Shown: positions 1-12,424 of the stretch, one piece after another
Numbering within the stretch: position 1 is the stretch's first letter
Layout: the number at the start of each line of letters is the position of its first letter
Assembly: GCF_003704095.1 (NCBI RefSeq)
Contig: NW_020845585.1
Location: 62,001 to 126,000, forward strand
DNA: 64,000 bases
Reading direction: 5' to 3'
From: Pocillopora damicornis
Taxonomy: Eukaryota
The notes under the pieces: generated by a model
Told to the model about the DNA's origin: nothing
Seen by the model: only the letters and a program-made list of their open reading frames with translations
Database searches by the model: none
Position numbers and translations under genes: made by a program

Positions 1-1332
1 AAAGTAAATGTCAATTGGTTACAAAAAGAAAAAAACACTCAGCCCAAACGGAATGAAGACTTCTAGCTAATAAAATGATCCTTTGTAACTTCCCTTCTGA
101 CAGAGTACCTGAAAAAAATTGCTGTAAATAATTCATCTTGCTTCCAAAGCAAGTCATAACTAGTAATGCTGAAAGAATCTAAAATTATCACATGTTTAGG
201 GAAGTGAAAATGTGACAGCTTTGTACTCTCATCCACTAAGCAGAGTACTCAAAAAACCATACAAGTGTTGTGATTAGCTATTACTAAGTGGCTTGAAACA
301 ACAGGTAACAGTTACGATATTACAGTTTTCACAGGACAGCTTAAAACCCACAAACTGTCTTCCAGACTTGAAATATTTGAAGGTTGAAAAATCTCTCTCA
401 ATCTCGCTTTATATTGCTCACTGAAAAAAATAGTCTAACGCTAATTGAACAGATTAATGATAAGGAAATATTTTATCTGGGCTGTCATACATTCTATATA
501 TATAAATAACAAACGATAAATCAATGCACGCATGGAAAAGGAAGTATTCAAAGCTTGAGAAATGTACGCTTTCACTCTGGGGGCCAGTATTCAAACAACA
601 ATAAATACTAGCTTATATGATAACTTTTGACGTATGCACCCTGCTTAGCACGCTTTAAGATGCTGATTAATGTTCAATCTTTAGCTGCAGTTTGTTTTCA
701 CAACACGCTTACAAGAGTGATCAATACCTGAAGGTCAGAGTGACGGAAGGTAAATCATACAAAACGCAGTCAATTAGCGAATTTTCGCTTGAATTGGCGA
801 ACTTTTCGCTTGAATTAACGTTGTGTGGAGCTATTTATTTCTACAGACCACGAAAGGGATTGGTTAACCATTTAAAATGTGATGTACATTTTGCGTGCGA
901 AATTACAAGCCGCTGCCGGACATAATTTTTCCAAGTGCATTACGCTTTTAATTTCTTTTTCTGCAAATTAGACGGAAGGTAAAGATCACACTGTGCGGAG
1001 AGTCAAAGCTTTCCTTGTACGTCATTAGACGTAGAGACATGTATTTGCTTGACATACCTACGGTCAGCAGATATTTGATCAAATTCCACAACAAAATTTC
1101 AAGCTTTACATATTCAAACAGTTCAAACACATTATCACATTAGTGTTTGAGGTTGATCAGATTCCAAAAACATCCGATTCGGAATTGAAAGAGATCTTCA
1201 AAATCTATTTTCAATCTTACCTATAGCAGTATGAAATTCTGACTTTTCAGCCTCTTTGCTCTTCCCAGATGCCTTGATCGTTTTCCCAGATTTTGATCGT
1301 TCTGTTAACGCTTTAACTGGCTGCTGACCCAT
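1..1332 (-). CDS. 5' part of an unidentified spliced gene (exon 1 1332-1221; probable exon 2 starting at 108), continuing off the window
   Basis: ATG at 1332 opens MGQQPVKALTERSKSGKTIKASGKSKEAEKSEFHTAI and ends at a strong AG|GTAAG donor. A polypyrimidine acceptor (TTTTTTTCAG) at 109 continues in phase as GTLSEGKLQRIILLARSLHSVWA. No family recognised. Confidence 0.45.
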
Positions 1333-1663
1333 ACTAGCTTAGCACAGTTGGGTCTTAAGTTCTCGACGTCTCGCCACAAGTGCCATATTACAGCCCGAGT
1401 TGTCAACGTGATCTTCTCACACAGATTACCCACAACTCACATAAAACCAAGCCATTGGATTCGATCAGTTGTCAGCTCAAGGCTACCCTATAGACGGAAA
1501 TGAGAAACCAAAACGCTTTGCTGTACGTCCGTCCAAACACTTTCTCGATGTCATGCGACCCGGAAACTAAGCTGGCTCCCAGTCCCCTCCCTTACAAGCT
1601 CCAAGGGAAAATTTCATAAGAACATGCGCAAAATGCAATTCGCGCCAAGGCGCTAAATTCAAG
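1333..1663. promoter_or_regulatory. Probable bidirectional promoter between the left-edge gene and DSN1
   Basis: ~330 bp CpG-rich gap between divergent ATGs. Contains E2F-like TTCGCGCC (1639-1646), a CHR-like TTGAA on the - strand next to it, ETS-like CCGGAAA (~1560), and YY1-like AAGATGGCG over the DSN1 start codon. Confidence 0.5.
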
Positions 1664-4600
1664 ATGGCGACTGTGAGGTCATCATCTACGAGGTGAGTTT
1701 CCATATTTCTTTGGTTTGTTTTAGCTGTATATGAGATTGGTGACTGTAAAAAGCTCACAAATGGACCTACTACTTACTAGGGTCCCTTCATACGCCTCTA
1801 GTTTGACGTTCGAAATGAATATTTGATATGGTAGTGTCACAAGTATGTTTCGAAGATCAGAGAGTATGATATTATGTAGATGTCTTAGGTCAGCACCGCT
1901 TGCAGACTGTGTAGAAGTTACTCAGTGATCGCTTCTGGGAGTTAAAGGGTTAAGAGAAATTTCAACCAAGGATGTCGATACTTTTTTTTAGCTTGAATAT
2001 TTTGTTATTAGCCTAAGATGAATGATGATAAAAAGCAGCAAACAATAATACCCCATTAAACACTTGCTCAACTATGGTTTCTTTGGCTTTAGGAAAAGAA
2101 CCAAACGCACAGAAGAAATACCAGAGGTAGGGGAATTTACCTATTGTGCATTTAAATGATATTAATCACTTGTACCTTGAATAACTATGTTGAATTTTTA
2201 GTGGATAGTTTCTCATTTCACATCTGTAGCCAGGCTGTGACTAGACAGATTCCTTTTTATTTCAAGGAGAGCATAGATTCATGGAAACCTCCCACTATCT
2301 CTGTCTGTTTTGGGCCACATGTTTCTTCTCAAGCTACCTTCAGCTGTAACCTGCCTTGCTGTAAACCAGTTGGAAGACATAGAGGACTCAGATTTCTTGG
2401 CTAAACTTCAGAATACCCGGTCACTTTAGTCCACCTCACTTACATGTGTCGGGAGGCTTTGAAGATCAAGGCATGACACAATAGATGCTATTCTTATTCA
2501 ATGACATGTAAATGAGTGGCCGGGTATTCTAACATTGCTCCAATTTCTCTCTTTCTCCATTGCTCTTGACAAATATTGAACATCTTTCTACATTTAACTA
2601 GCAATCACAGAATTAACATTAACATCTTTCTCAAGATACATGTGTTTTCAAAATAGTTTCGTTGAATTTATTTTAATGGCTGGTAAGATTTTTCTCTCGA
2701 CGATCAACTGCAATAAGAAAAATTGTTACTTTATTTTAAAGGATGTAGGCTTACAAGCAAGTGGATTCAAGTTCTCGCGCCAGAGTCGCTACCGAAAGGT
2801 AGAATGCTGTTAGCTCTTTATTTTTTAAGATTTTATCTGAATCAAGGAAATTTATATATCATTTTGTTCAGATCACTTGGAACCTAACCATAGCAAGGTC
2901 ATTGTGGTTTGTTTCTGGACAAAGACTCTTAAATATTGCAGTGCCTCTCTTGATCTAGGAAGATGATTGGGAATCACCAATTGTGAAGGAAACCTGACTG
3001 AAAAGGTTGGGAATGACTTGTAATTCCCCAACATTCCATAATTTGGAAGGAGATACTCCCTGTTATGAAGTTATACACAGACTGGTAAAAGCTCTGGTAG
3101 TTATGAGCCATTTGGTTTAAAGAGGTACAGTGATCTTTTTCTTTTTAAGGCTCCCCAGAAAAAAGGAACAGCAAAGAAAAGTGAACAGAAGAAAAGAAGA
3201 TCAAGCTTTGTTAGAGGGAGGAAGGAACGCAAGTCTCTTGTGTTTTCATCTGCAAAGTCTGGTTTGTGATATATAATTGTTTGTCTAATTACTAGTATTT
3301 TGAATAAATCAAGTAATACTGTAATAGCCTGCATAAAGGTATCTCTTATTTCCTGTTACTTGTGCCTCATGCGTCCAAGCAAAGGAGGTGGAGATGCCTC
3401 TGTCAAGGTGAAATCTTGGCTATGAATGATTTCTTATCAAATTTTTTTCTTAGCAATGGTAAATTCTTTGAGCATGCTGGACTACAAATGAGGAAGGATA
3501 CACTTAGGCTTGATAAATGATACCAATAATCTGTTGTGATCTTAGGCAAGACTCTAAGCCTTGACAGTGCCTTTCTCACCACTTAAAAGAGTAAATGGGT
3601 ATCACCAATCTATCGGAAAACTTGACCAAATGCTTGAGGATTGTTTTTTAATGGGAACAGCATACCATCTGTTGCGTATTCATTTATATTCTATCATTAA
3701 TATTCATTGATCAAGTATCTAATAAGCTGGTACAATCTTGTTACTTAATCAAAATACTTTTACATCATTCAGTAGTCCCACAGTGATAATACTAGCATTG
3801 GTACAAGTACTTTTACTATGTTCTCAATACACTACACCATCCCATAAAATTAATAATGTACTTCAAGGAGCTTAATGCTATAAAAAGAGAGACAAGTACC
3901 AGCACTTAAAGGGCACTGCTCTCTTTAGATTTCCAACAAACTTTTTTGCATCATGTTGTGCTGCAGAGCTTTATAAAGAGATTCCTACTGATTTGACACC
4001 TGAGGAAAGACTAAAAAAGTTATTTGAAGCCTGTCTTAAGGTAAACTTTTCAACTGTCAAATATGCTAAAATGTTACCAACTGATCCTATTTAGACTCTT
4101 ATCAGAGGGGGATAAATGTAGGCTGTATTGAAGACCTGATATTTTGGACAGTCTCTTCAGGAACAGCTTGTAAATTTCCCACTGAACCAGAAATGAAGAG
4201 GTGTTTTTAGATTTTAGAGTAGGCCTCTTTGTTTCCAAATCATGACTGATTTGCTGATTAGCAAAAAGTTGACCTGTCTAGAAACCTTTCTCATAATAGA
4301 ACTTACAGAATTGTATATTCTACTGTGGATGACAGAAACAGAACTTTTCACTGACCCATATAAACACTAATTGATCACCTTATGAATTCTATTTCATGAA
4401 ATATAATTGTGCCCTAAAAGTTGCACTTATTCAAAATATGAGTTTCATTATGACCAAGTTTGTTTGCAAGCTATTTGAAATGATATTCTTACCAGCAAGT
4501 ACATATAGCAACCATTATGGAATGGATGCTTGATATGAAGCCTCTAGTTACTCTTAATGTAAATTCTTCCTGTGTTTCGCATGAAAATACATGGCAATTT

Positions 4601-7600
4601 GGAAATAAAATCTATCAATTTGTCATAGGTCACAGTGGGCTTTTCCATTCTCCCCTTCAAATCACAGTTAATAGAAACTAATTCTGAAAGGGAAGACAGA
4701 TGGCTTTCCCAATGATATTTTGTAAACAAAAGAAAGCAATGCTCATTTGTCCATCAAGACTCAAAAAAGTTCAGCCCAAGCTTATCTTTATGTCATGTTT
4801 TCAGGGAGCATTGGAGAAACTGGAGAACAATCCATTGCAATATGAAGTTGACAGTATACCAAACTTTAATGCAGAAGGTATAGAATTTAGTGAATAAATT
4901 GGGTTATTTAATGAAAGAATTAAGCATTGCGGTGGTGGTGCTCATCTCCTTCACTCTCCACTCTCCACTGGCTTTTAGTGGTACAGTATAAAAAAAATCT
5001 TGGGTTTAAAGGGCTATATCACAGGTAACTCTATTAAAATTATTGGGTTTGAAATTTTCAACTGAAGTTCATCATTTTGCTATCCGCCTTCACCTTTACC
5101 TTCCTTGACCATCATCTTTTCATGGGAGTTTATTCTAACCTCTAATGGTGTTTGTCAAACCAAGTAAATGATTTCTTAAATTTCATGGAGACTACACATG
5201 TTTGAGACTATTTCAATGCTGCTGAAATTATTTAAAATAATGTGGCATTAAGCTACAAGTGAATTATTCTCCCCATAGCAAAGGCACGTAGTGTACGAGA
5301 CTTTATAAAACAAGTTTGAACTGTTGCTCTTTGTTCATTTTCCTAGCAAAAGAAGTGTTCAGCCATTTGCAAACAGTGATATCAGACAGCAATATTGTGA
5401 ATGAAGCTTTTAAATCTGCTACCAGCAAAATGAAGTAAGTAGAAAATGAGTGAAGTGTCAAGAAACAAAATTTATTATTGCTGCTTTAATTGAATTAGCT
5501 TTACAATATTAAATTAGCCATAAGAGTTATTTTTATGTGTTAACCATTATACTCAACAGTAATCCAAGCTGCGACCATTTAGGAAGCCATAGTGGGAAAA
5601 AAGGCCATGACATTCAGCAAAAGTTGCCAAATTGGCGATCTGTGTTTGACAGACAAGGCACTGGCTGCATTGTTTTTATTCATTAATTTTCTTGATCAAC
5701 ATTTGCATGAAATTATTTAAGTGCTCCATCATTGCTTCTTTCTCCTCACTTGAGCAAGTGTTGAAACTAGAAATGTCTCATACATGCAAGTCTTTAAAAA
5801 TGATTGCAAGCTACTGTCAATTAAAACTTTTATCAACCATTTTCTGATTTTCCGTGGCCAAATGGTGACTGATCTCTGTTTCCTAATTACCTAATGATTT
5901 TTTTCTTTCCCACAGGCAGATACCCAACCCTAAAAATGAAGAACTAGAGGCCAAAGCGGCATCAAGGCTGGCTGTTACTGAAAGGTACAACAGTATCATA
6001 ATATATGTGTTTAAAACACTTAATGTAGTAATGTTCTTGCATTCCTCACTTTTAAGGTAGCAGTAAAATTTACTATTGTGGCATCTAGTGCAGCAGTGAT
6101 ATTTTTTTGACTGGAATTTTTTGTACTTTTTAAACTTTTGCTGCTCAAGTTGACCAAAAAAATATCTGCTGGGAGCAATTTTTTGCATTTTTTTTTTCAC
6201 TACCATAACTGTCAAATAGTCCCAACCTAACCAAAGCTATCTAGTTAACTCTAACTGCAGGGGAATTCGAGCAAGAGACTGCAGGCCATCTTAGACTCAA
6301 GGTGCTGTTCAAGCACCAGAAATAAATGAAGAAAACATACTTAGTCTTTTCAAATCCTTTTAAATATTGAGTTATTCAGAGAAATAGCACTAGATGATTC
6401 AAAGATGAATATTTTGAGTCACTCCAAAGTATAGAGTAACTGTAAAAAGTACATAAGAGCTCTGGTTGGACTGAAGATAGCAAATTCTTGTGGCAGAATT
6501 CTTTTCTTTTGGAGAACTAACTGATGACTCATTTTTTCCAATCAAAGACATTAACCCTTTCACTCTCAAGATCTGATTAGTAATTCTCCTGACTATCTGC
6601 CATACAATTCTTATGATGTTAGTTCAGAGAATTTGGTATTGAATCAACTAAGAATCCCATGATTGATATTCTTCTCTATTCTCATCACCTGCCTACTTGA
6701 CATTGTATTGATATTGTAAGGAGAAATTCTGTCTTGGTCACTTGTGCAAGTGAAAGGGTTAAGGAAAATCCCCTTCAAAAGGTGAATAAGCACATATCTT
6801 ATCATTTTTCAGGCTGAAGGCAGAGAACAAGAAGTGGGATGAATTACTGTCCTCCCATAAAAGCAATATGGAAAAAAAAGATAGGTACAAAAAGTAAAAA
6901 CACTATTTTTAACAAATATTCTTTCATTCTATCATTTAATCCTATCATTTTTTCATTCATTTATTCATTCACTCATTCATTAATTCCTCAGCCCAGTCAT
7001 TCTGAGGCAATATTACCATATTCTCTCTCATGACAATTAGTACAATTCCTAGCACAGAAAGACATGCAGTGTAGTGGTCCATGGGGTAAATTTCAGATTA
7101 AGGAGGGTGGGTTTGAGTCATGGGTGGGTCATCAAGTTGTGTTCGTAGACAACACACTAAGAACCAGTGTCCCTTTCTTTCAACCAAGTACAGAACATTA
7201 TCAAAAAACTGAAACTTGAAAGGTTTGTTGGAGGATTAGTCATGGTGAACTCTGTAGCATTCTGACCAGGTGTAGAGGTAATACACATAGTCACTTATTT
7301 CATAGAAACTGGAATAAATTGCAAAAAGCAGTGATAGATTAAGGTTATAGTGATAAACCAGCACAACCTTAGGATCCACAAGCACATAAAATAGCCATGT
7401 ACTGGTTTCTTGTTTTTTGTTTTTTTTGTTTTCAATCCATCCCATCTTGGATAATCTTTAAAACTTGAACCTGACAGCCATCTTGTTATTCTTGCATGCT
7501 AATGATCATTGTCACTAACCAGCACATGACAGTTGGAATGCACAAGTACTTTATATGATTCCTGATATCATTGATAAAAACGTTTTTATTTGACAGAGAA

Positions 7601-8952
7601 AACCAAGAAGATGATGTGAAATCCACAGATCAGTGTCCAGACTTCCTGTCCCCTGAACAGCACCAGCTGCTCTCTGGAAAGCCATCATTGAAAGGGGTAA
7701 TGGACAGACTTCATGAAACAAAACTCAAAATGATATTACAGGTAAATAAATTTCTTTAGAAACAATAACATTAATTAATTTTTTTTACATCAAAAATCAT
7801 GGAGAGTACCAGATTTGAACTGAGTGTCAAGATTGCTGTGGATTCGATTCATTACATTTTGTGATGGGTCTAACAAACTTGCACAGTGTAAAATTGAAAT
7901 CAATCCCTGCTTGGTTACACACTTTGTCCCTTGAATGAGATATAAATATTTGCTCTGAGTTTTCAATGGCCTTTCTTATTTATTTACTTTTGTTTTGATC
8001 AACATTTGGGATTACTTTGGTTTTGATTCAAATTAATTTGAATGTTCTTCAGTTTGAGAATTTCCCCTTGCCTTTGCCTATAAATATATGATCCAAGAGT
8101 GGATCCAGAGGAATTTAAAAAGGAATGCTGAAGTAGCCAAAACATTTGTGAAAAACCTTGACTCCTGAGAAGGTGTGTGTGTCTTTAAGGGGTGGGGGCA
8201 TGACCCTTTAACTCTGCCCATGCAATCATATGATACAGTAGCCAATAGCCTTTGGTCCCTAAGTCCAGTATCTACTTTGTTGTTGTAACTGCTTGATTAC
8301 AGATATTCCTTTTTCTTGTTTGCAGGCAGATGCAATCGCCACATCTATAAATACCAGTAAGGAGTATGAAGCAGTCAGTGGCAGCTTCATAAGCGAGCAA
8401 GTGAAATCGTTTGGTAAGTTGAAGAAGCTCTCATCTTTCAACTACATTGAAACCTCCAACTATGGGGACACCCATGGGGGTAGAAAAAGAATCCTCTCTA
8501 TTGAAGAAATCCTAGGATGGGCTGGTGTTTGCTAAATACAGGGTCTGCTTGATATGGTGGCTGGGAAGGGGGGGAGGCTGCTAACCACAGATATCACTGT
8601 ATTGTGCTCAAGCAAAAATGAAAATTTGTAGAGGGAAACTTAGGACTTGGTTTGGTGTTTGCAAAGGACAGAGTGTGCTTGATATGGTGGGGGGGGGAGG
8701 TCCACTTACCTCAGGTGTCACTGTATTTTGCTCAAGCATAACGACGTTTTTTAGGCTGAGCATACGACTGGCTACGATGGTATTTTGAGTTTCCAAAGTG
8801 TTACAATTTCCCTTTTGAATCCCTATTTACTTATGTGACATTTGGTGCGAGTTTTTTTCTTCTGATTTTCAGCCGGCACAACGTTTGAGGCAGTTAAAGA
8901 GACAGGGACGCCTCGAACAGTGATTCCTCGGTTACTTAAAAAGCTGTTTTAG
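1664..8952 (+). CDS. DSN1: Kinetochore MIS12-complex subunit DSN1/Mis13-like protein, 12 exons
   Basis: Exons start near 1664, 2093, 2742, 3150, 3968, 4805, 5347, 5916, 6813, 7597, 8326 and 8873; all are GT-AG and phase-consistent. The joined protein has SGFKFSR, Aurora-B-type RRSSF...RKSL, ELYKEIPTDLTPEERLKKLFEACLK, PNPKNEEL, RLKAENKKWDELL and a C-terminal PRLLKKLF, matching the motif order of Dsn1/Mis13. Confidence 0.8.
2870..3130 (+). mobile_element. Degenerate tRNA-derived SINE copy in a DSN1 intron (related pieces near 3530-3670, 7060-7190 and 13740-13945)
   Basis: A shared core like GGTCATTGTG..TTCT.GG.CAAGAC.CT...CAGTGCCTCTCT recurs at these loci. The 13.9 kb copy keeps a B-box-like GGTTCGAG on the - strand. 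Boundaries approximate. Confidence 0.55.
6551..6762. mobile_element. TTAA-flanked piggyBac-type MITE (~212 bp)
   Basis: Perfect 14-bp inverted ends TTAACCCTTTCACT ... AGTGAAAGGGTTAA (TTAA target site plus CCC terminus). Related decayed copies near 15990-16100, 20040-20185, 21015-21060, 23340-23552, 48363-48776 and 48990-49100. Confidence 0.8.
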
Positions 8953-9119
8953 ACGTCAATCCACCGTTGGAAATCTTCATTTTTTTCACACCGTATTTTA
9001 TATTCGTATCTACGTTACTGAATCACTGTGAACATTTCTGACTAATAACCGATAGTTCTTCGCTTATTGAAGATAAACATATTTTGTTTTAGTCATCAAA
9101 CTGTATATATTATCACCTT

Positions 9120-9260
9120 TAGTTCATCGCTCTAACGAAGGGCTAACGCCAAGGTGGCCAGTTTACATTATCTACTCAGTTGAAAGACCAACTATCTTGA
9201 AATACCCCTGCCCACCCCTCCGACGCAGCACTGTAGTTTCTTCAAAAACTCAACCCCCCC
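9120..9260 (+). mobile_element. Fragment of a dispersed repeat with a degenerate minimal-hammerhead-like motif (Penelope-associated type)
   Basis: TCGCTCTAACGAAGGGCTAACGC is followed by GGTGGCCAGTTTACATTATC and CGACGCAGCACTGTAGTTTCT. Related blocks occur at 35886-36071 and 45365-45551. Confidence 0.5.
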
Positions 9261-12200
9261 AAAGTGTATATTTCGCTTTAGCTTCGTTAGTCTGTACTGT
9301 AAATCGGCCAAGGTTGTCGAGCAAAGAGGTCGACTGCAACCTAAGCGGGGCAACAGGATTCTTGAATCATTGAAGAGTATGTAAAACCTCCTAATTCAAG
9401 TGAGGGGAAAGTACGGATCTGAAGAATCAACACGGCATGTGTTTCTTTGTGCTTAACCAACAAAATATATTTTTCAATAAAACACAGCGTGAAAGTCAAC
9501 ATGACTGTCAGGTTAGCCTGGGAGAAGGCTGTCATTATTGCCCCCGCATGTGGGCGAACGCTTGCTCGATACGATCCGACGCGCAAGGCGATTATGCGAG
9601 AGGGACCAAAAATTAGAGCCCTTACAGACATCTTCGGGCTCATATCGCTCCACCCTTGTGTCCCGCGCCAGTGAGAAACCGCACAAGGCTACGGTTAGGC
9701 AGATACCCATTGTGCGACGCCCCTTAATAAATGCCATCTACTAAATACACGACAGAAAGACAGAAATAAAAAAGAAACCAATGTCATAAATTTGTGTTCT
9801 ATATTTTGTCTAACGTAGCTTTCTGTGCTACAGAGCCCAGTACAGTTACCCACTGGGTGTCAAAGATGAAAAGTTTTTGCAAATAACTACCACTAGTTTG
9901 GTTGTACGTCAATGTCAGCATACTTACTAATTTAAAAGGTAAAACATCCTCCCACGATCCTTCAAGTTTAAGCCAAAATCTAAACTTTGCAATGCATTTT
10001 AGAAACATTGATAGATTTACAATGAGAAAAAGTGAAACAAGGAAATTGAAAACACAAGCGAAAGAGGATGTGCGTAAAAATGGACAAGGGAAATGTAAAA
10101 GTTACAGAGTGTGATCGAATGAATAATTTTGGTTTTAATTTAGCGATGGCTTACGTGTAGAAAAATCTTCGTCTATTTGTTGGCCCTGTCCACATTTAAA
10201 CGGATAAATCTGAAATGAACATTTTTTTACCAACACTTTTGTCTCCGATTATAGCAAACGAACTTTAAAGGATCTACGTTCCGAGATCGTGAATTAATTT
10301 GAAGGCCTGCCAAACTACCTTTAAAGACAGTTTTAAAAAGGCTGCGACATATTTGTCTGGAAAGATTAAAAATACAAAAGAGGAACACAGTAACCAAACA
10401 CAAAAACAGACCGCTAAGGATGGAGAGAATGCTGAATGATTTTATACAACAAACCGCTCAAAATTTTAAGAGGTAACTTTTCCAAGACCCTAAAACAGAG
10501 ACGCCATTCCTTCAGCTAGATCGTCTCCGGAATGGAGAAGGACGGGGAAAGGTGGAACGTACTCTCTCGTTTAACTTTAATTGATGTGCAGTTTTGACCT
10601 GGTTTTTCAAATTTACAAGAGAATATGGATATTTTTAATCTCTTAAAAGTTCCTAATCATCCCCTAGAACAGGCCTTCTTTCTGAGACAGATTTGTAAAC
10701 CTTGGTAGAGACATTTGAATAGGTATGGCAGTGGGGAGTCCACACTTCTTTGACCCAGTGCTCTTTCGATCTTTTTGTTCATTTTCAAATTTATCTAGAT
10801 TTTGATGGATGGGAACCTTTATCATTTCTGACTCGTTCAAACTTTGGTTATTGTATGAGAATAAAAAACATTGCACCCATGTGCACATATCATGATCAAG
10901 ATCATATCATGATCAAGATGTTCAATTTTGCTGTTAAGCGATGAATTATAAAAATATTCTACAACAAAATTCAAAACCCCAAGGTTCGTGGATTAAACCG
11001 CTTTGCCCTCATGAGTAGCGCCGGCGCTAATTATCCACAATGCATTATGGGTTTGTTTGATTCCAGTCGCCTTGCAGCATGCAGCAGCAAGTTCACAGAC
11101 TTATTACCGTGCGATGTGCGTAGGATTTCAGATAATTTCCGCAAATGGATCTAAGTGTGTTTCAGTATGGTTGGTATCTGAGTGTGTCTTGTGTTCACTG
11201 TCCTCCGTCTGGTATTTTTTCGTTTGTAATTGTCGTGCAAAGTAATCAGCAAACTCCTGTAAAGTGAATAGATTACATGTCAGTAACCGTCTGTTGCAAT
11301 GTCCACAATAAAGTGTCCTCTACCTGCTGTTTTCAGCACAAGCATAAAATTCCTTTCGTAAGAGCCCATGCTCAAGCTAGATCTCGCTAATTTACAGTAT
11401 CCAACACCAACAGGAAGAAAGTCATCAATCCAGTGTCATATTCTTTAATTCGTTGCAACAATTTACTCTTAGAGGTGTCTTAATTCACGTGTGAACATGA
11501 TCAAATAAAATCAGCAGTTCTAGCTGCCTGTCTAGGCTGATTGACTGATTTCAGTGTTGGTAAAATCACAGAGAATAGCGCTTTAAAACGCGATTATCTT
11601 TTTGCCTTGTAAGATTTAAAATTTAAGACGATAACGTAGAATAAAATTGAATTCAATCTAAAACTCTATCCATTAATATATCATTATGTACATTGGAAAT
11701 TTTATAACAATTCAATATCATGTAAACTTTAAGACGTTCCACTTTCTCCAACTAATAATATAACTCTAAAATGCTTCCTTGCTCGAGGAGCTACAAAGGA
11801 AAGGTCAGTAGTGCTAATAAAACTCTACAATACTTCGCGCTAGACCTTATGGGAACTTCTTTTCTTTTTTAAACTCAACATTCAAATCTTACTCGATGAA
11901 AATTTATGAGGAGATCAAAGTTTTTTTTCCGCTCCGATTTTAAACCAAGTTAGTTTTCATACATCTTTCAACAGAAAAACGGAATCTTGTGATGGAAATA
12001 CGTTTGTTTGTATGTTTTTTTTAATTTCTTTGCTTTAAATTTTAAATTTAATTGCAAAAATACATCGTGTTAAATTTTCACTTCCGATTTGCGATTACTT
12101 TATCTAGTAAAATCAAAAATAACTCAAATTAATTTAGTCTTGGGAATAGTGTGCCCTTTAGCGGCTTTCATATAAATAAATAAATATTAATAGTAAAATA

Positions 12201-12424
12201 GACTGAGAGAATTTTAAACAAGTTTTAGCCGGCAATGAAAGCTTCTGACCCTGTAACTTGCTATGATTTAAAAGAAAACCGAAAGAATTTCCATTGATCA
12301 AGGGCGAAGCATGAAACGACCAGAACATTGACTTTTTAAACAATTTGTGTTCAAGTGAACTTAACTCTCTCGAATCAACAAGTGCCCTGACACGACGCAT
12401 CACATGAGAATTTTTCTGTTAAGA

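Noticed and set aside
3150-3261. Skippable Aurora-B regulatory exon of DSN1
   Set aside because: The exon is 112 nt (phase 0 to phase 1), so skipping it alone would shift the frame.
9488-9645. RNase MRP/P or telomerase RNA
   Set aside because: Only partial look-alikes (GAAAGTC, GGGCTCA, CTAACC); the complementary P4 halves and a full telomeric template are missing.
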